A stretch of 64,000 nt of DNA from an uncultured Chloroflexia bacterium (lineage in GTDB: Bacteria > Chloroflexota > Limnocylindria > Limnocylindrales > CSP1-4), in assembly GCA_963748625.1 (NCBI GenBank), contig CAVVJT010000002.1:1-64000 (forward strand), written 5' to 3'. Position numbers and translations under genes: made by a program. The notes under the pieces are model-generated. The model saw only the letters and a list, made by a program, of their open reading frames with translations, was not told the origin of the DNA and ran no database searches. This document shows, piece after piece, positions 31,880 to 42,287 of this stretch (positions within the stretch are counted from its first letter, which is position 1; the number at the start of each line of letters is the position of its first letter).

Positions 31880-32554
31880 TCAGCGGACGCGCACCACGTT
31901 GTACGCGGTGCCGTCGCCCTCGAGGCAGTCGGTCTGCCAGCGCGGGAGGATCTCCACCACCCAGGTCCCGGCGCCCGGCAGGCGGATCGAGAGGCGTCCA
32001 TCGGCGACCGCCGTGGCGAGGCCCACCGGCTTCCCGCGGACGAGGATCTCCGCGCCGTCCTCGCCGCCCGTCACGCGATCGCGTGGCCATGCCCTGGCCT
32101 CGCCGCCCGCCATGGTCATCGTGCCCACACCGGCGACGGTCAGGCGCGCGGCCGGCCCAAGGATCAGCGGTCTGGCCGAGAGGTCGAGCCCGACGAACTG
32201 CGGGATCGCGTCATCGGCGGCCCAGGTGTCGTTGCGGGCGGCGACGGTGGCCGTCGTCAGCCGGATCATCCGGCCGCGGTTGACCGCGAGGCGCCGGTCG
32301 AGCGCCACCGCAAGGGCAAGGCTGCCTTCCGTGGCGAGGGGGCAGCCCTCGGCGTCGAGGCCCGGCGTCGCCGTCGGGGCAGGCGCGGGCGTCGCCGAGG
32401 CGGTCGGTGAGGACGCCGTCGGAGCGCTCGAGGCCGGAGCGGTCGCCGTCGAGGTCGCCGTCGGGGTCGCCGGCGCCGTCGAGCCGCAGCCCGCGAGCGC
32501 CACCGACGCTGCAACGGCCAGGGCCAGGATCACCGGGACAGATCGGGCGTGCAT
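31880..32554 (-). CDS. Hypothetical lipoprotein
   Basis: LAGC lipobox and a Thr/Ala/Pro linker. Confidence 0.55.
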   Translation of the reverse strand: MHARSVPVILALAVAASVALAGCGSTAPATPTATSTATAPASSAPTASSPTASATPAPAPTATPGLDAEGCPLATEGSLALAVALDRRLAVNRGRMIRLTTATVAARNDTWAADDAIPQFVGLDLSARPLILGPAARLTVAGVGTMTMAGGEARAWPRDRVTGGEDGAEILVRGKPVGLATAVADGRLSIRLPGAGTWVVEILPRWQTDCLEGDGTAYNVVRVR

Positions 32555-32611
32555 CGGTACCCCTCGGACGTGCGGGCGCTCGCCGCCCGCCGATCGTAGA
32601 CTGGCCGGACG

Positions 32612-33370
32612 ATGGCCATTCGGATTGTCGACATCACCGACGCCTCCAGCTTCGCCCATGTGGCGCCCTGCGCCGATGCCGGGTTCGACCACCGCTCGTG
32701 CGACTACTGGGAGGACGCCGACCGGGGCTCCAGGGCCGCACGCGCTTCCTGGCTTGAGGCCTCCCCTCCACCCCCGGTCGCGAAGCCAAGGCCGCGCAAC
32801 CCGTTCGCCGATGACGATGACGAGCCGGGGTTCAACCCGTTCGCGACGCCGGCCAAGGCGCCCGCCTTCAACCCGTTCGCCGACGACGACGAACCCGCCT
32901 TCAACCCGTTCGCGCCCACGCCGGCTGCCAGGCCGGCCGTTGCTGCCGGTGCGCCGCCCAAGCTGCGCTTGCTGGCGAGGGGCCTGGCGGTCTTCGGCTC
33001 CTACGCGAAGGTGCTGCTCGAGGACGACGAGCCGCTCGCGTACGCCCAGTTCGGGCCACTGTCCGCGTACCCGCGGGCGCTGCGGACCCGGGACCTGTAC
33101 CCCCGCCTTCCGGCCGCACCGCTGCCCGCGGTGATCACCTGCATCGCGACCACAGCGGCCGCCCGTGGTCGGGGTCTCGCGGCCATGCTGGTCGATGCCG
33201 TCTGCGATGACCTGGCCGCACGCGGGTTCGCCGCGATCGAGGCCTACCCCGAGGTGGGCGCGAAGCCGAATGCCACCAGCGCCGCCACACCAGCGTTCTG
33301 GGAGGGCCTGGGGTTCGTCGTTGCGGCGCCGGACGAGCGCTTCCCGGTGATGCGCCGGGAGCTCGGGTGA
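32612..33370 (+). CDS. GNAT family acetyltransferase-like protein with an NPF-repeat insert
   Basis: YAQFGP, VITCI, RGRGLA, IEAYP and LGF. Confidence 0.7.
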   Translation: MAIRIVDITDASSFAHVAPCADAGFDHRSCDYWEDADRGSRAARASWLEASPPPPVAKPRPRNPFADDDDEPGFNPFATPAKAPAFNPFADDDEPAFNPFAPTPAARPAVAAGAPPKLRLLARGLAVFGSYAKVLLEDDEPLAYAQFGPLSAYPRALRTRDLYPRLPAAPLPAVITCIATTAAARGRGLAAMLVDAVCDDLAARGFAAIEAYPEVGAKPNATSAATPAFWEGLGFVVAAPDERFPVMRRELG

Positions 33371-34017
33371 TCCGTCGCTCGCGAGCGCGTCCGCCGCCGT
33401 GCGGTGCTGGCGGTCGCGCTGGTCGGCCTGCGGGACCGGCGCCCGCCCCGTCTCGAGGCCGCCGTCCGCCGTCGCTCACTCCGTCGCCGCCGCCATCGGC
33501 GCCGCCCACCACGACGCCGTCGACCACCCCGACGTCGACCTCGCTCGCGACCCTGCCGACCGACCGACCCGGCATCGAGGAGGACGAGGCCCTGCTCGCG
33601 GTCCTGCCCGAGGAGGTCGGAGGGGACGCCGCTGCGCATGGAGCACCAGGCCTTCGTGGAGGCCAGGACAGATCCGGACGTTCGCGGCGAGCATCGGGTC
33701 CGCCGTCGTTCTTCGTGGGCCCGGGCCCCGACGACATCGTCTCGGGCCTGGTGGCGCGGCCGCGCGACGGCGTGTACTCGGAGGCCTGGCTGCTCGACTG
33801 GCGCGAGACGTACGACAACGGCGCCTGCGGGCAGGCCGGCGGCGTGGGCGGGCGCGCGGAGACGAACCTCGGGGGCCGGGCCGTCCACATCACGACGTGT
33901 GCCGGTGGCATGCGGGTCTACCACGCCTGGGTGAAGGAGCAGGGTGTGGTGGTGTCGTTGATCTCGATCGGCGAGGGTCGCTGGGGCGAGCAGGTCATGG
34001 GATCGCTCCGGCCCTGA
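33367..34017 (+). CDS. Hypothetical exported or lipoprotein (probably frameshifted)
   Basis: Coupled to the previous stop (GTGA). Signal-peptide-like segment in a shifted frame and a Cys-containing C-terminal domain. Confidence 0.4.
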   Translation: MIRRSRARPPPCGAGGRAGRPAGPAPAPSRGRRPPSLTPSPPPSAPPTTTPSTTPTSTSLATLPTDRPGIEEDEALLAVLPEEVGGDAAAHGAPGLRGGQDRSGRSRRASGPPSFFVGPGPDDIVSGLVARPRDGVYSEAWLLDWRETYDNGACGQAGGVGGRAETNLGGRAVHITTCAGGMRVYHAWVKEQGVVVSLISIGEGRWGEQVMGSLRP

Positions 34018-34057
34018 CGCCTGCCGCGCCACCCCGTGAAGTCGTAGACTCGCCGCC

Positions 34058-35743
34058 GTGAGCACCGAGAACACGGGCATCGCGGCCTCAGGTCCGCGCC
34101 CCGTCCGCGCCCCGCGCGGGACCACGCTGTCCACCCGCGGCTGGCAGCAGGAAGCCGTGCTGCGGATGCTGATGAACAACCTCGATCCGGAGGTCGCCGA
34201 GGACCCGGACCACCTGGTCGTCTACGGCGGCACCGGTCGGGCCGCCCGCTCCTGGGAGGCGTTCGACGCCATCGTCCGCGAGCTCCGCAAGCTCGCCGAC
34301 GACGAGACGCTCCTCGTCCAGTCGGGCAAGCCGGTCGCCGTGTTCCGGACGCACGAGTGGGCGCCGCGCGTCCTGATCGCCAACTCGAACCTCGTGGGCA
34401 AGTGGGCGAACTGGGAGCACTTCCGGGAGCTCGAGCGGAAGGGCCTGATGATGTACGGCCAGATGACCGCTGGGTCCTGGATCTACATCGGCACCCAGGG
34501 GATCCTGCAGGGCACGTACGAGACGTTCGCCGAGTGCGCACGGCGCAACTTCGGCGGGACGCTGCGCGGGACGGTCACGCTCACCGCGGGCCTCGGTGGC
34601 ATGGGCGGGGCCCAGCCGCTGGCGGTCACGATGAACGAGGGCGTGTGCATCGCGATCGAGGTCGACGAGCACCGCGCCGCTCGCCGCCACGAGATCGGCT
34701 ACGTGGACCGCCTGACCCACGATCCCGACGAGGCGCTCCGGCTGGCCCGCGAGGCTGCGGCCGAGGGCCGCGCCCTGTCGATCGCGCTGGTGGGCAATGC
34801 TGCCGAGATCGAGCCCATGTGGGTGAAGGCAGGCGAGCAATTCGACATCGTCACGGACCAGACCTCCGCGCACGACGCGCTGGGTGGCTACATCCCGGCC
34901 GAGATCTCGCTGGAGGACGCCTCCGTGCTGCGTGAGGTGGATCCGGCGCTGTACGAGGAGCGCTCGAAGCGGGCGATGGCCGCCCACTGCCAGGCGATCC
35001 TGGACTTCCAGAAGGCCGGCTCGATCGCGTTCGACTACGGCAACAACCTCCGCGCCCAGGCGCAGGAGGCGGGGGTCGAGAACGCGTTCGACTACCCGGG
35101 GTTCGTGCCCGCGTTCATCCGGCCGCAGTTCTGCGAGGGCCGCGGGCCCTTCCGCTGGGTGGCGCTCTCGGGCGACCCGGCGGACATCCTGCGGACGGAC
35201 CGCGCGATCCTGGAGCTGTTCCCCCATGACGAGGGGCTGCGCCGCTGGATCGAGATGGCCGAAGCCCAGGTCCCGTTCCAGGGGCTGCCGGCCCGGATCT
35301 GTTGGCTGGGCTACGGCGAGCGGCACCTCGCGGGGCTGGCGTTCAACGACCTGGTCGCCCGAGGCGAGGTCAAGGCGCCGATCGTGATCGGGCGGGACCA
35401 CCTGGACTCCGGGTCCGTCGCGTCGCCCAACCGGGAGACGGAGGCGATGCTCGACGGCACCGACGCGGTCGCCGACTGGCCGCTGCTCAACGCGCTGGTG
35501 AACACCGCGGCCGGGGCGACCTGGGTGTCGATCCACCACGGGGGCGGCGTGGGCATCGGCTACTCGCAGCACGCGGGCATGGTGGTCGTGGCCGACGGCA
35601 CGGAGCTGGCGGCGCGCAAGCTGTCCCGGGTCCTCCGCACGGACTCCGGCATGGGCGTGGTGCGCCACGTGGACGCGGGCTACGAGCGCGCGATCGAGGT
35701 CGCGAAGGAGCGCGGCGTCCGCATCCCGATGCTGGGGATCTGA
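34058..35743 (+). CDS. hutU: Urocanate hydratase
   Basis: [33 protein letters not shown] and HHGGGVGIG. Confidence 0.97.
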   Translation: MSTENTGIAASGPRPVRAPRGTTLSTRGWQQEAVLRMLMNNLDPEVAEDPDHLVVYGGTGRAARSWEAFDAIVRELRKLADDETLLVQSGKPVAVFRTHEWAPRVLIANSNLVGKWANWEHFRELERKGLMMYGQMTAGSWIYIGTQGILQGTYETFAECARRNFGGTLRGTVTLTAGLGGMGGAQPLAVTMNEGVCIAIEVDEHRAARRHEIGYVDRLTHDPDEALRLAREAAAEGRALSIALVGNAAEIEPMWVKAGEQFDIVTDQTSAHDALGGYIPAEISLEDASVLREVDPALYEERSKRAMAAHCQAILDFQKAGSIAFDYGNNLRAQAQEAGVENAFDYPGFVPAFIRPQFCEGRGPFRWVALSGDPADILRTDRAILELFPHDEGLRRWIEMAEAQVPFQGLPARICWLGYGERHLAGLAFNDLVARGEVKAPIVIGRDHLDSGSVASPNRETEAMLDGTDAVADWPLLNALVNTAAGATWVSIHHGGGVGIGYSQHAGMVVVADGTELAARKLSRVLRTDSGMGVVRHVDAGYERAIEVAKERGVRIPMLGI

Positions 35744-35841
35744 ACGAGGGTTGCAGCCGGGTCCGCCGCCCCCAGCCGGGTGCGCCGCCCCCCAGCCGGG
35801 TGCGCCGGGTGCGCCGCCCCCCAGCCCCCCATGTGACTGGA

Positions 35842-35972
35842 AGTCAACGAAACCCCGCAAGCTCGGGCTCGAGGAGCCGAAACCGGACTCGTTGCGGGGA
35901 TTCGTTGTCCGCCACGCAGCGGAAGCCCGCAACGGGGACAGGCGGGGCGCCGTTTGCGAGGTTTCGTTGACT
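35842..35972. repeat. 131-bp element bounded by 19-bp inverted repeats
   Basis: AGTCAACGAAACCCCGCAA pairs with TTGCGAGGTTTCGTTGACT at 18/19 positions. Further partial copies lie inside. Confidence 0.6.
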
Positions 35973-36024
35973 CGGACGCAGGCCGGTCAGGCTGGCGCAG
36001 GATGGGCCGCCCCGACCGGCGACC

Positions 36025-37323
36025 TCACGCGGGCGCCGGGCCCCCAGCCGTCGCCGCTCCAGCATCGTCCACCGGCTCCGGCATCGTCGTGATCCGGCGC
36101 ACCGACGAGAGCGTCACCGGGATGAACGCCACCAGCCCGCCCAGCGCCGCCACCACGATGGTCGGCTGCAGTCCGATCACCTGCGCGAGCGCGGCTCCCA
36201 TGATGGACCCGACCGGCATCGTGCCCCACACGATGAAGCGCATCGTCGCGTTCATCCGGCCCTGCATCCGGGGCGGTGTGATCGCCTGGCGCAGCGACAC
36301 CTGGTTGATGTTCCAGGCCACGCCTGCGAACCCGCCCAGGAACGTGGATGCCGCGAGCCCGTACCACACGAGGGCCGCCGGGGCGAACGCGAGGAACAGG
36401 TTCGACACCGAGAACGTGAGCGACGTTGCGACGAGCATCCGGCCCACCCCGGCACGCTTCGTGAGCCACGTCGTCGACAGTGCGGCGACGAGGACCCCCA
36501 CCGATCCAAGGGAGAAGGCGAAGCCGATCGCCTCCGGGCCCAGGCCCCGCTCGTCCACCAGGTACAGCACCAGGATCGCGCCACCCAGGCTGGCGAACAG
36601 GTTGGAGATGCCCGTGGTCGCCGCGATCGAGCGCAGCCACCGGTGGCCTCCCACGTAGCGCAGACCCGCAGCCATCTCCGAGCGCATCGACGGCTTCGGC
36701 CCGTGGACGGCCTCGTCGTGATGTGCCACGGGCGGCTCCGGTCGCCGGATCCAGAACAGGAACACGGCTGAGACCAGGTACGAGACGGAGTCCACAACCA
36801 TCGCGAACGGCGCCTTGAACCAGCCGATGAGCAGGCCCGCCATGCCCGGCCCCAGGATCTGCGCCGCCGACCGTGTGATCTCCAGCTTCGAGTTGCCGTC
36901 CACCAGCTGGTCCCGCTCCACCACCGATGGCAGGTAGCTCTGGTAGGCGACGTCGAAGAAGACGGTGAAGCAGCCGACGGTGAAGCCCACGATGTACAGC
37001 TGCCAGATCGTGAGGGCGTCGAAGTAGAAGGCGACCGGGATCGACGCGATCGCGACGGCGCGCCCGAGGTCGCCCGCGATCAGGATGGGGCGTCGTCGGA
37101 GGCGGTCCACCCAGACCCCGGCCGGCAGGCTCAGGAGGATGAACGGCAGCATCTCGATCGTGGTCAGCAGCCCGAACTCGAACGGGCTGACCGAGAGCGC
37201 GGTTGCGGCGATGATCGGGATCGCGAGCTGCGTGATCGCGGTCCCGAAGACCGAGACGGTCTCAGCCGTCCAGAGCTTGAGGAAGTCGGGGTGGCGGAGG
37301 AGGCTGCGGTTTGGGCCTGACAC
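36025..37323 (-). CDS. MFS transporter
   Basis: FLKLWTAETVS, GVWVDRLRRR and 12 TM segments. Confidence 0.9.
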   Translation of the reverse strand: MSGPNRSLLRHPDFLKLWTAETVSVFGTAITQLAIPIIAATALSVSPFEFGLLTTIEMLPFILLSLPAGVWVDRLRRRPILIAGDLGRAVAIASIPVAFYFDALTIWQLYIVGFTVGCFTVFFDVAYQSYLPSVVERDQLVDGNSKLEITRSAAQILGPGMAGLLIGWFKAPFAMVVDSVSYLVSAVFLFWIRRPEPPVAHHDEAVHGPKPSMRSEMAAGLRYVGGHRWLRSIAATTGISNLFASLGGAILVLYLVDERGLGPEAIGFAFSLGSVGVLVAALSTTWLTKRAGVGRMLVATSLTFSVSNLFLAFAPAALVWYGLAASTFLGGFAGVAWNINQVSLRQAITPPRMQGRMNATMRFIVWGTMPVGSIMGAALAQVIGLQPTIVVAALGGLVAFIPVTLSSVRRITTMPEPVDDAGAATAGGPAPA

Positions 37324-37384
37324 GGCGCGAGTCTACCGGGGCTTTCCCTGCCGCGGAGGCAGCGCGTTCAGCATCCTGTGAGCG

Positions 37385-37575
37385 CCGGGCTCCGCCGCGC
37401 ACCGATCGCACACACGGTGCGGTGCCGTCGCTGGATGCGCGAGCGGCGCGCAGGACATGCGCGCGGGGGACGCCGCCACGGCGGGGCGTGCGCACGGATC
37501 CGTCAATTAGCGACGGGACTGCACGGTGTGCCTGTCTGGCGCGCACCAGGACCGAGGCACGAGGACCGAGGACCG
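37385..37575 (+). repeat. Degenerate relative of the MITE-like repeat
   Basis: GCACACACGGTGCGGTGCCGTCG and GGCGCGCACCAGGACC resemble segments of copies 1 and 2. Confidence 0.35.
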
Positions 37576-37645
37576 AAAACCTCGCCCTGGCCTACCCCCG
37601 TGGCCGGAGATCGCACGGCGCGCGGCCGCCGGCCCCGCTGCGCGG

Positions 37646-37906
37646 TCATCCGCCCGACACGACCTCCGCGACCGGTGCCCGCACCACGCTCTCGAACCCG
37701 ACCGCCTTGTGCGAGGAGTCACAGAAGGGCTTGTTGGCAGAGTGGCCGCAGCGGCACAGCCAGACGGCCTTGCCCTCCGGGATCGGCCAGGTGTTGCCCT
37801 CCTGGTCGGCGAGCACGACAGGCCCGGTCACCTTGTAGGAGCCGTTGTCGCGCGGGGTGATGGTGACGACTGGCATGGTGACGGGCTGGGCGATGGGGTC
37901 GGTCAT
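37646..37906 (-). CDS. CDGSH-type iron-sulfur domain protein
   Basis: LCRCGHSANKPFCDSSH. Confidence 0.9.
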   Translation of the reverse strand: MTDPIAQPVTMPVVTITPRDNGSYKVTGPVVLADQEGNTWPIPEGKAVWLCRCGHSANKPFCDSSHKAVGFESVVRAPVAEVVSGG

Positions 37907-38041
37907 GGGGGCTCGGACTCACGCTGCGGGTGGGGAACCTGTCTGGATGTGGGGACGCAACGGAGGTTCGCCGGGCTGACGGTACCGGATTGGGCGCAGC
38001 GCGGCCGCAACGGTCACCGTTGCGACAGGTAGCATCGCAAC

Positions 38042-39016
38042 GTGCTTGTTGAAAGCGTCCCCAACGTCTCCGAAGGCCGCCGGCTCGACGTCGTCGAGCG
38101 CCTGGCCAACGCCCTGACCTCGGTCCCGGGCGTGTTCCTGCTCGACCGGACGTCGGATGCCAGCCACAACCGCTCGGTGTTCACGATCGCCGGCCAGCAC
38201 GACGATGTCACCGAGGCGCTCGAGCGCCTGGTGATGCAGGCGCTGGTGGACATCGACATGGAGCAGCACACCGGCGAGCACCCCCGGATCGGCGCCGTTG
38301 ACGTCATCCCCTTCGTGCCGCTCGCCGATACGACGCTCGACGACTGCATCCAGGTTGCCCGGCGCTTCGCCGAGCGCATCGCGTCGCGCAACGACATCCC
38401 GGTCTTCCTCTACGCCCACGCTGCCCTCCGCGGCGATCGCGTGAAGCTCTCCGACGTGCGCCGAGGCCAGTACGAGGGCCTCCGCGCGGAGATCGCCCAG
38501 CATGGCCGTGAGCCCGACCTCGGCCCGGCCCGCATGCATCCGCGGTTCGGCGCCATGGCCGTCGGCGCCAGGCCGTTCCTCATCGCCTGGAACATCAACC
38601 TCGACTCGGACGACGTGGAGCTTGCCAAGCGCATCGCGCGCCGCGTCCGCGAGTCCGGCGGCGGCCTGCCACGCCTGCAGGGCAACGGGTTCCGCGTGGA
38701 GGAGCCGGAGCGCGGGCACCCGGTGCTGGCCCAGGTCTCGATGAACCTGCTCGACTTCCGCACCACCGGCCTGTGGCAGGTCTGGAAGACCGTGGAGGCG
38801 CTGGCGGCCGAGGACGGCGTCGCCCTGCTCGAGTCCGAGCTGATCGGCCTGGCGCCGGTCGCCGCGCTCACCGATGTCGCCGATGCGGTCGGCGTGCCCG
38901 GCGATGCCCCGGTGGAGCAGCGCCTGGCGGCGGCTGCGAGCGCGATCCACCTCCGGGACTTCACGCCGCAGCGTGCGCTGGAGCTGCGGCTGGCCGCAGC
39001 ACGCGACCGCCGGTAG
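38042..39016 (+). CDS. ftcd: Glutamate formiminotransferase
   Basis: ESVPNVSEGR, DASHNRSV, HTGEHPRIGAVDVIPF and QVSMNL. Confidence 0.92.
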   Translation: MLVESVPNVSEGRRLDVVERLANALTSVPGVFLLDRTSDASHNRSVFTIAGQHDDVTEALERLVMQALVDIDMEQHTGEHPRIGAVDVIPFVPLADTTLDDCIQVARRFAERIASRNDIPVFLYAHAALRGDRVKLSDVRRGQYEGLRAEIAQHGREPDLGPARMHPRFGAMAVGARPFLIAWNINLDSDDVELAKRIARRVRESGGGLPRLQGNGFRVEEPERGHPVLAQVSMNLLDFRTTGLWQVWKTVEALAAEDGVALLESELIGLAPVAALTDVADAVGVPGDAPVEQRLAAAASAIHLRDFTPQRALELRLAAARDRR

Positions 39017-39027
39017 CGGGCCGGATC

Positions 39028-40395
39028 GTGACGCTGCGCCTGATCGAGGGGGGGCGTGCCCACGCCGACGCCCCGGGACTGCTGATCCACGGGGCATCCC
39101 AGGTCGCCACGCTGGCGGGCGGCCTGCGGCGAGGCGCGACCCAGGGCGACCTCGGCCTGCTCGATGCCGCCGACGCAGGCGGCCCCAGCGCCCCCGGCGC
39201 ACCGGTGGTCGCCTGCTGGGAGGGCAGGATTGTCGGCGTTGGTCCACGCGATCGCGTGGAACAGGGCCTGGAGATGAGCGGCTACCCGCTCTCCCGCTTC
39301 GTACGCCTCGATGCCGCGGGAGGTGTCGTCACGCCCGGGCTGGTGGATCCCCACACCCACCTGCTCTTCGCGGGCAGCCGCGAGGGTGAGCTGGTGCTCC
39401 GCCAGCAGGGTGCGGGCTACATGGAGATCCTCGCGTCCGGCGGCGGGATCCTGTCGACGGTCGAGGCGACCCGCCGCGCCACCCCGGAGGAGCTCTGGGC
39501 TCACGGCCGGCGCTGGCTCGACGAGATGGGCAGGCACGGCGTGACCACCGTCGAGGCGAAGTCCGGGTATGGCCTGGACCTGCTGACGGAGCTGCGGCTG
39601 GTGGAGATGGCCGACGAGCTGGGGAAGGAGGGCCCCATCGACGTGGTGCCCACGTTCCTGGGCGCCCATGCCGTCCCGCAGGAGTACCGCGCCCGGCCCG
39701 ATGGCACCGAGGCCTACGTCCGCCACGTGATCGAGGAGCAGCTGCCCGGCATCGCCGCCCAGGGGCGTGCGCGCTCCTGCGACGTGTTCTGCGAGCAGGG
39801 GGTGTTCACGGACGACCAGAGCCGGCGGATCCTGCAGGCGGCCCGCGGCTACGGGCTCGCCGTACGGCTCCATGCGGACGAGCTCGCCCCGTCGGGTGGC
39901 GCGGAGCTCGCGGCGGAGCTGGGTGCGCTGTCGGCCGATCACCTGCACACGCCCTCCGACGAGGGGATCGCCGCCATGGCGGCATCGGCGGATGGCCCCA
40001 CGCCCACGGTGGCGACGCTGCTTCCCGCCACGACCTGGTTCCTCATGACCGACGACGCGGCGCCCGCCCGCCGGTTCATCGACGCCGGCGTCCCGGTGGC
40101 GCTGGGCACGGACTTCAACCCGGGCACCTCGCCCACGCCCAACCTGCCCCTGGTGATGACCGTCGCCTGCCTCGCGATGAGGATGTCGCCCGAGGAGGTC
40201 CTCGCCGCGGTCACCATCAACGCCGCGCACGCGGTGGGCGTGGCCGACCAGGTGGGGTCGCTGGAGCCGGGCAAGACGGCGGACATCGTGATCTGGCACG
40301 CGACGTCGGTCCGGCAGCTGCCCTACTGGGTCGGAGCCGACCTTGCCGACGTGGTGATCAAGCGCGGCCGGGTGATCCACCGCCGGATGACCTAG
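39028..40395 (+). CDS. hutI: Imidazolonepropionase
   Basis: PGLVDPHTH, EAKSGYGL, LHADEL, SADHL and TDFNPGTSP. Confidence 0.95.
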   Translation: MTLRLIEGGRAHADAPGLLIHGASQVATLAGGLRRGATQGDLGLLDAADAGGPSAPGAPVVACWEGRIVGVGPRDRVEQGLEMSGYPLSRFVRLDAAGGVVTPGLVDPHTHLLFAGSREGELVLRQQGAGYMEILASGGGILSTVEATRRATPEELWAHGRRWLDEMGRHGVTTVEAKSGYGLDLLTELRLVEMADELGKEGPIDVVPTFLGAHAVPQEYRARPDGTEAYVRHVIEEQLPGIAAQGRARSCDVFCEQGVFTDDQSRRILQAARGYGLAVRLHADELAPSGGAELAAELGALSADHLHTPSDEGIAAMAASADGPTPTVATLLPATTWFLMTDDAAPARRFIDAGVPVALGTDFNPGTSPTPNLPLVMTVACLAMRMSPEEVLAAVTINAAHAVGVADQVGSLEPGKTADIVIWHATSVRQLPYWVGADLADVVIKRGRVIHRRMT

Positions 40396-40760
40396 GCTCC
40401 CGATTCGCTGGTCGCTGGCGGCGTGCGGACCGCCGCTCCGGGTCCTGGCGCCGTCCGGGTCCTGTCTCCGTCCGGGTCCTGTCTCCGTCCGGGTCCTGTC
40501 TCCGTCCGGCTGCGCGCCGGACGGCCACACGGTGCGGCGGCAGCGCTCGATGCGCGGCTGGTGCGCAGGTCGTGCCCTCGGGACCCTGGCGGAGCGCACG
40601 GGCGGAGCACGGGGCGCACATCCCGCGACGTCACCGCTCCGTGTGCGCGCCGGGTGCGCACGGCAGCAGCCGTCGTGGGCGACGCCCGGTGATGCCGCCT
40701 CCGACCAGCGGCACGGGCACGGAGGGGTATCCGCCGGGCATTGGCGGCACGCGACACCAG
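40392..40760 (-). mobile_element. MITE-like repeat, copy 4 (inverted), starting at the hutI stop CTAG
   Basis: Near full-length reverse complement of 26404..26775, with a varying number of 18-bp internal units. Confidence 0.75.
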
Positions 40761-40785
40761 GCTCCGGCGCGTCTCTTGCGCGTTC

Positions 40786-40866
40786 CAGCCCGCGCCGGCT
40801 CAGCCCGCGCCGGCTCAGCCCGCGCCGGCTCAGCCCGCCAGCGCCGGCCTGCTCCGGCTCAGCCCG
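40786..40866. repeat. 15-bp tandem repeat CAGCCCGCGCCGGCT, 3-4 copies
   Basis: Directly visible in the sequence. Confidence 0.6.
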
Positions 40867-41521
40867 TCAGCGCCACCACCAGCAGCAGCTGGCCCACGTG
40901 GTACGTGGTGATCACGCCCATCCGCAGCGGTCTGGGCGCCCTCCCGGCCTCGTCCCTGCCCACCACGAACTGCCCCCAGCCGAGCAGCGCATCGGACGCG
41001 ACGAACAGCCACGCGCCGACGATGGCGACCGGGATGCCGGTCCGGGTCGCGACAATGGCCATCGCGCTGATGGCTGCGAGGTAGACGGCAACCGGCCCGC
41101 TCATGCCCCTCGGGCGGGCGGCGGCCACGAGCCTGCGGCCGACCGTCACCGCCACGATCCCCGCCATGGCGATCCCGGCCAGCAGCCAGGCGGGACTGCC
41201 GTCGAGCCGGGCGAAGGCGAGCGCGTACGCGAGATGCGCCACGAGGAATGCGATGAGCCCGGGCAGCAGGCGTCCCGGCGGGAGCAGCAGCACGTCCCCG
41301 ATCAGCGATGCCGCGAGCGCGACCACGAGGAGCGCCCGGACGACCACGTCCGAGTCCGCCCACGGCCAGGTCATGGACGCGAGCAGCAGGAGTCCGAGGA
41401 CCGCCGGCTTCGCGACCCGCTCGATCAGGCGGGCACGTGAGCCTTCCGCCCAGACCGCGGCCCAGTCCACGGCCGCCGCGAGGGCAGCCAGCCCCAGCAG
41501 GACGGTGGCCGGCATGGGCAT
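40859..41521 (-). CDS. Lysoplasmalogenase / YhhN family membrane protein
   Basis: KP, SLIGDVLLL, AFLVAHLAY, FVASDALL and TYHVGQ. Confidence 0.85.
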   Translation of the reverse strand: MPMPATVLLGLAALAAAVDWAAVWAEGSRARLIERVAKPAVLGLLLLASMTWPWADSDVVVRALLVVALAASLIGDVLLLPPGRLLPGLIAFLVAHLAYALAFARLDGSPAWLLAGIAMAGIVAVTVGRRLVAAARPRGMSGPVAVYLAAISAMAIVATRTGIPVAIVGAWLFVASDALLGWGQFVVGRDEAGRAPRPLRMGVITTYHVGQLLLVVALTG

Positions 41522-41559
41522 GGCGTCAAGCCTTGCTGCGGGTCAGGCCCTGCTCCGTG

Positions 41560-42234
41560 TCAGGCCTTGCCGCGCGACTCCAGGAGCACCGTCGTCGTCT
41601 CGGGCGGCAGGCTCGACAGGGTCACCGACAGCTTCGCCTGCACCGTGGGCTCAGCACCCATCTCGTGGAGGAACTTCTTGAGGGCCTCTTCGCAGTCCGC
41701 CTCTTCCTCGCAGACCGGCATGGGCACCACGATCTTGGGATCCAGCTGGGCGATGAGCTCGGCGGCCTTGGTGGGCGAGAGGGCCCCGCCGATGGGCACG
41801 CAGGCGATGTCGATCCGGCCGATGTCGCCCAGCTTCTCCTCGGTCATCTCGTGCCCGATGTCGCCCAGGTGGATGGTGTGCAGCCCGTCGAGCTCCGCGA
41901 CGAACGCCGTCTGGCGCCCGCGCTGCCTGCCCTTGACGCCGTCGCGATAGGTGCGCACGCCCGTAATCAGGACGTCGTGCACCTCGTACTCGCCCGGTCC
42001 GTCAAGCACGAACGCGTTCTCGAGGCTGGTGGGGATGATCGTGCCGCCATCACGCGACAGCCTCCCGGTCGCCTTCTTCGCCAGCGGTGCGTCGTCAGGA
42101 TGGCTGTACGTGATGACATCGCCCGTGATCCCGCGCCCGGTGGGCCCGACGATCGAGGGGTAGGGGTCGTTCACGACGACGGCTTCCTTGCCGCGCAGCC
42201 GGATGCAGGTTCGTCCGTACCAGGTGAGCTCCAT
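41560..42234 (-). CDS. MBL-fold metallo-hydrolase
   Basis: WYGRTC, DPY, SHPDD, GPGEYEV, HLGD and VVPM. Confidence 0.8.
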   Translation of the reverse strand: MELTWYGRTCIRLRGKEAVVVNDPYPSIVGPTGRGITGDVITYSHPDDAPLAKKATGRLSRDGGTIIPTSLENAFVLDGPGEYEVHDVLITGVRTYRDGVKGRQRGRQTAFVAELDGLHTIHLGDIGHEMTEEKLGDIGRIDIACVPIGGALSPTKAAELIAQLDPKIVVPMPVCEEEADCEEALKKFLHEMGAEPTVQAKLSVTLSSLPPETTTVLLESRGKA

Positions 42235-42287
42235 GCCGGTGATTCTGACACAGGCCGCTCATCCCGGGCGTATCGCGTTCGCCGGAC

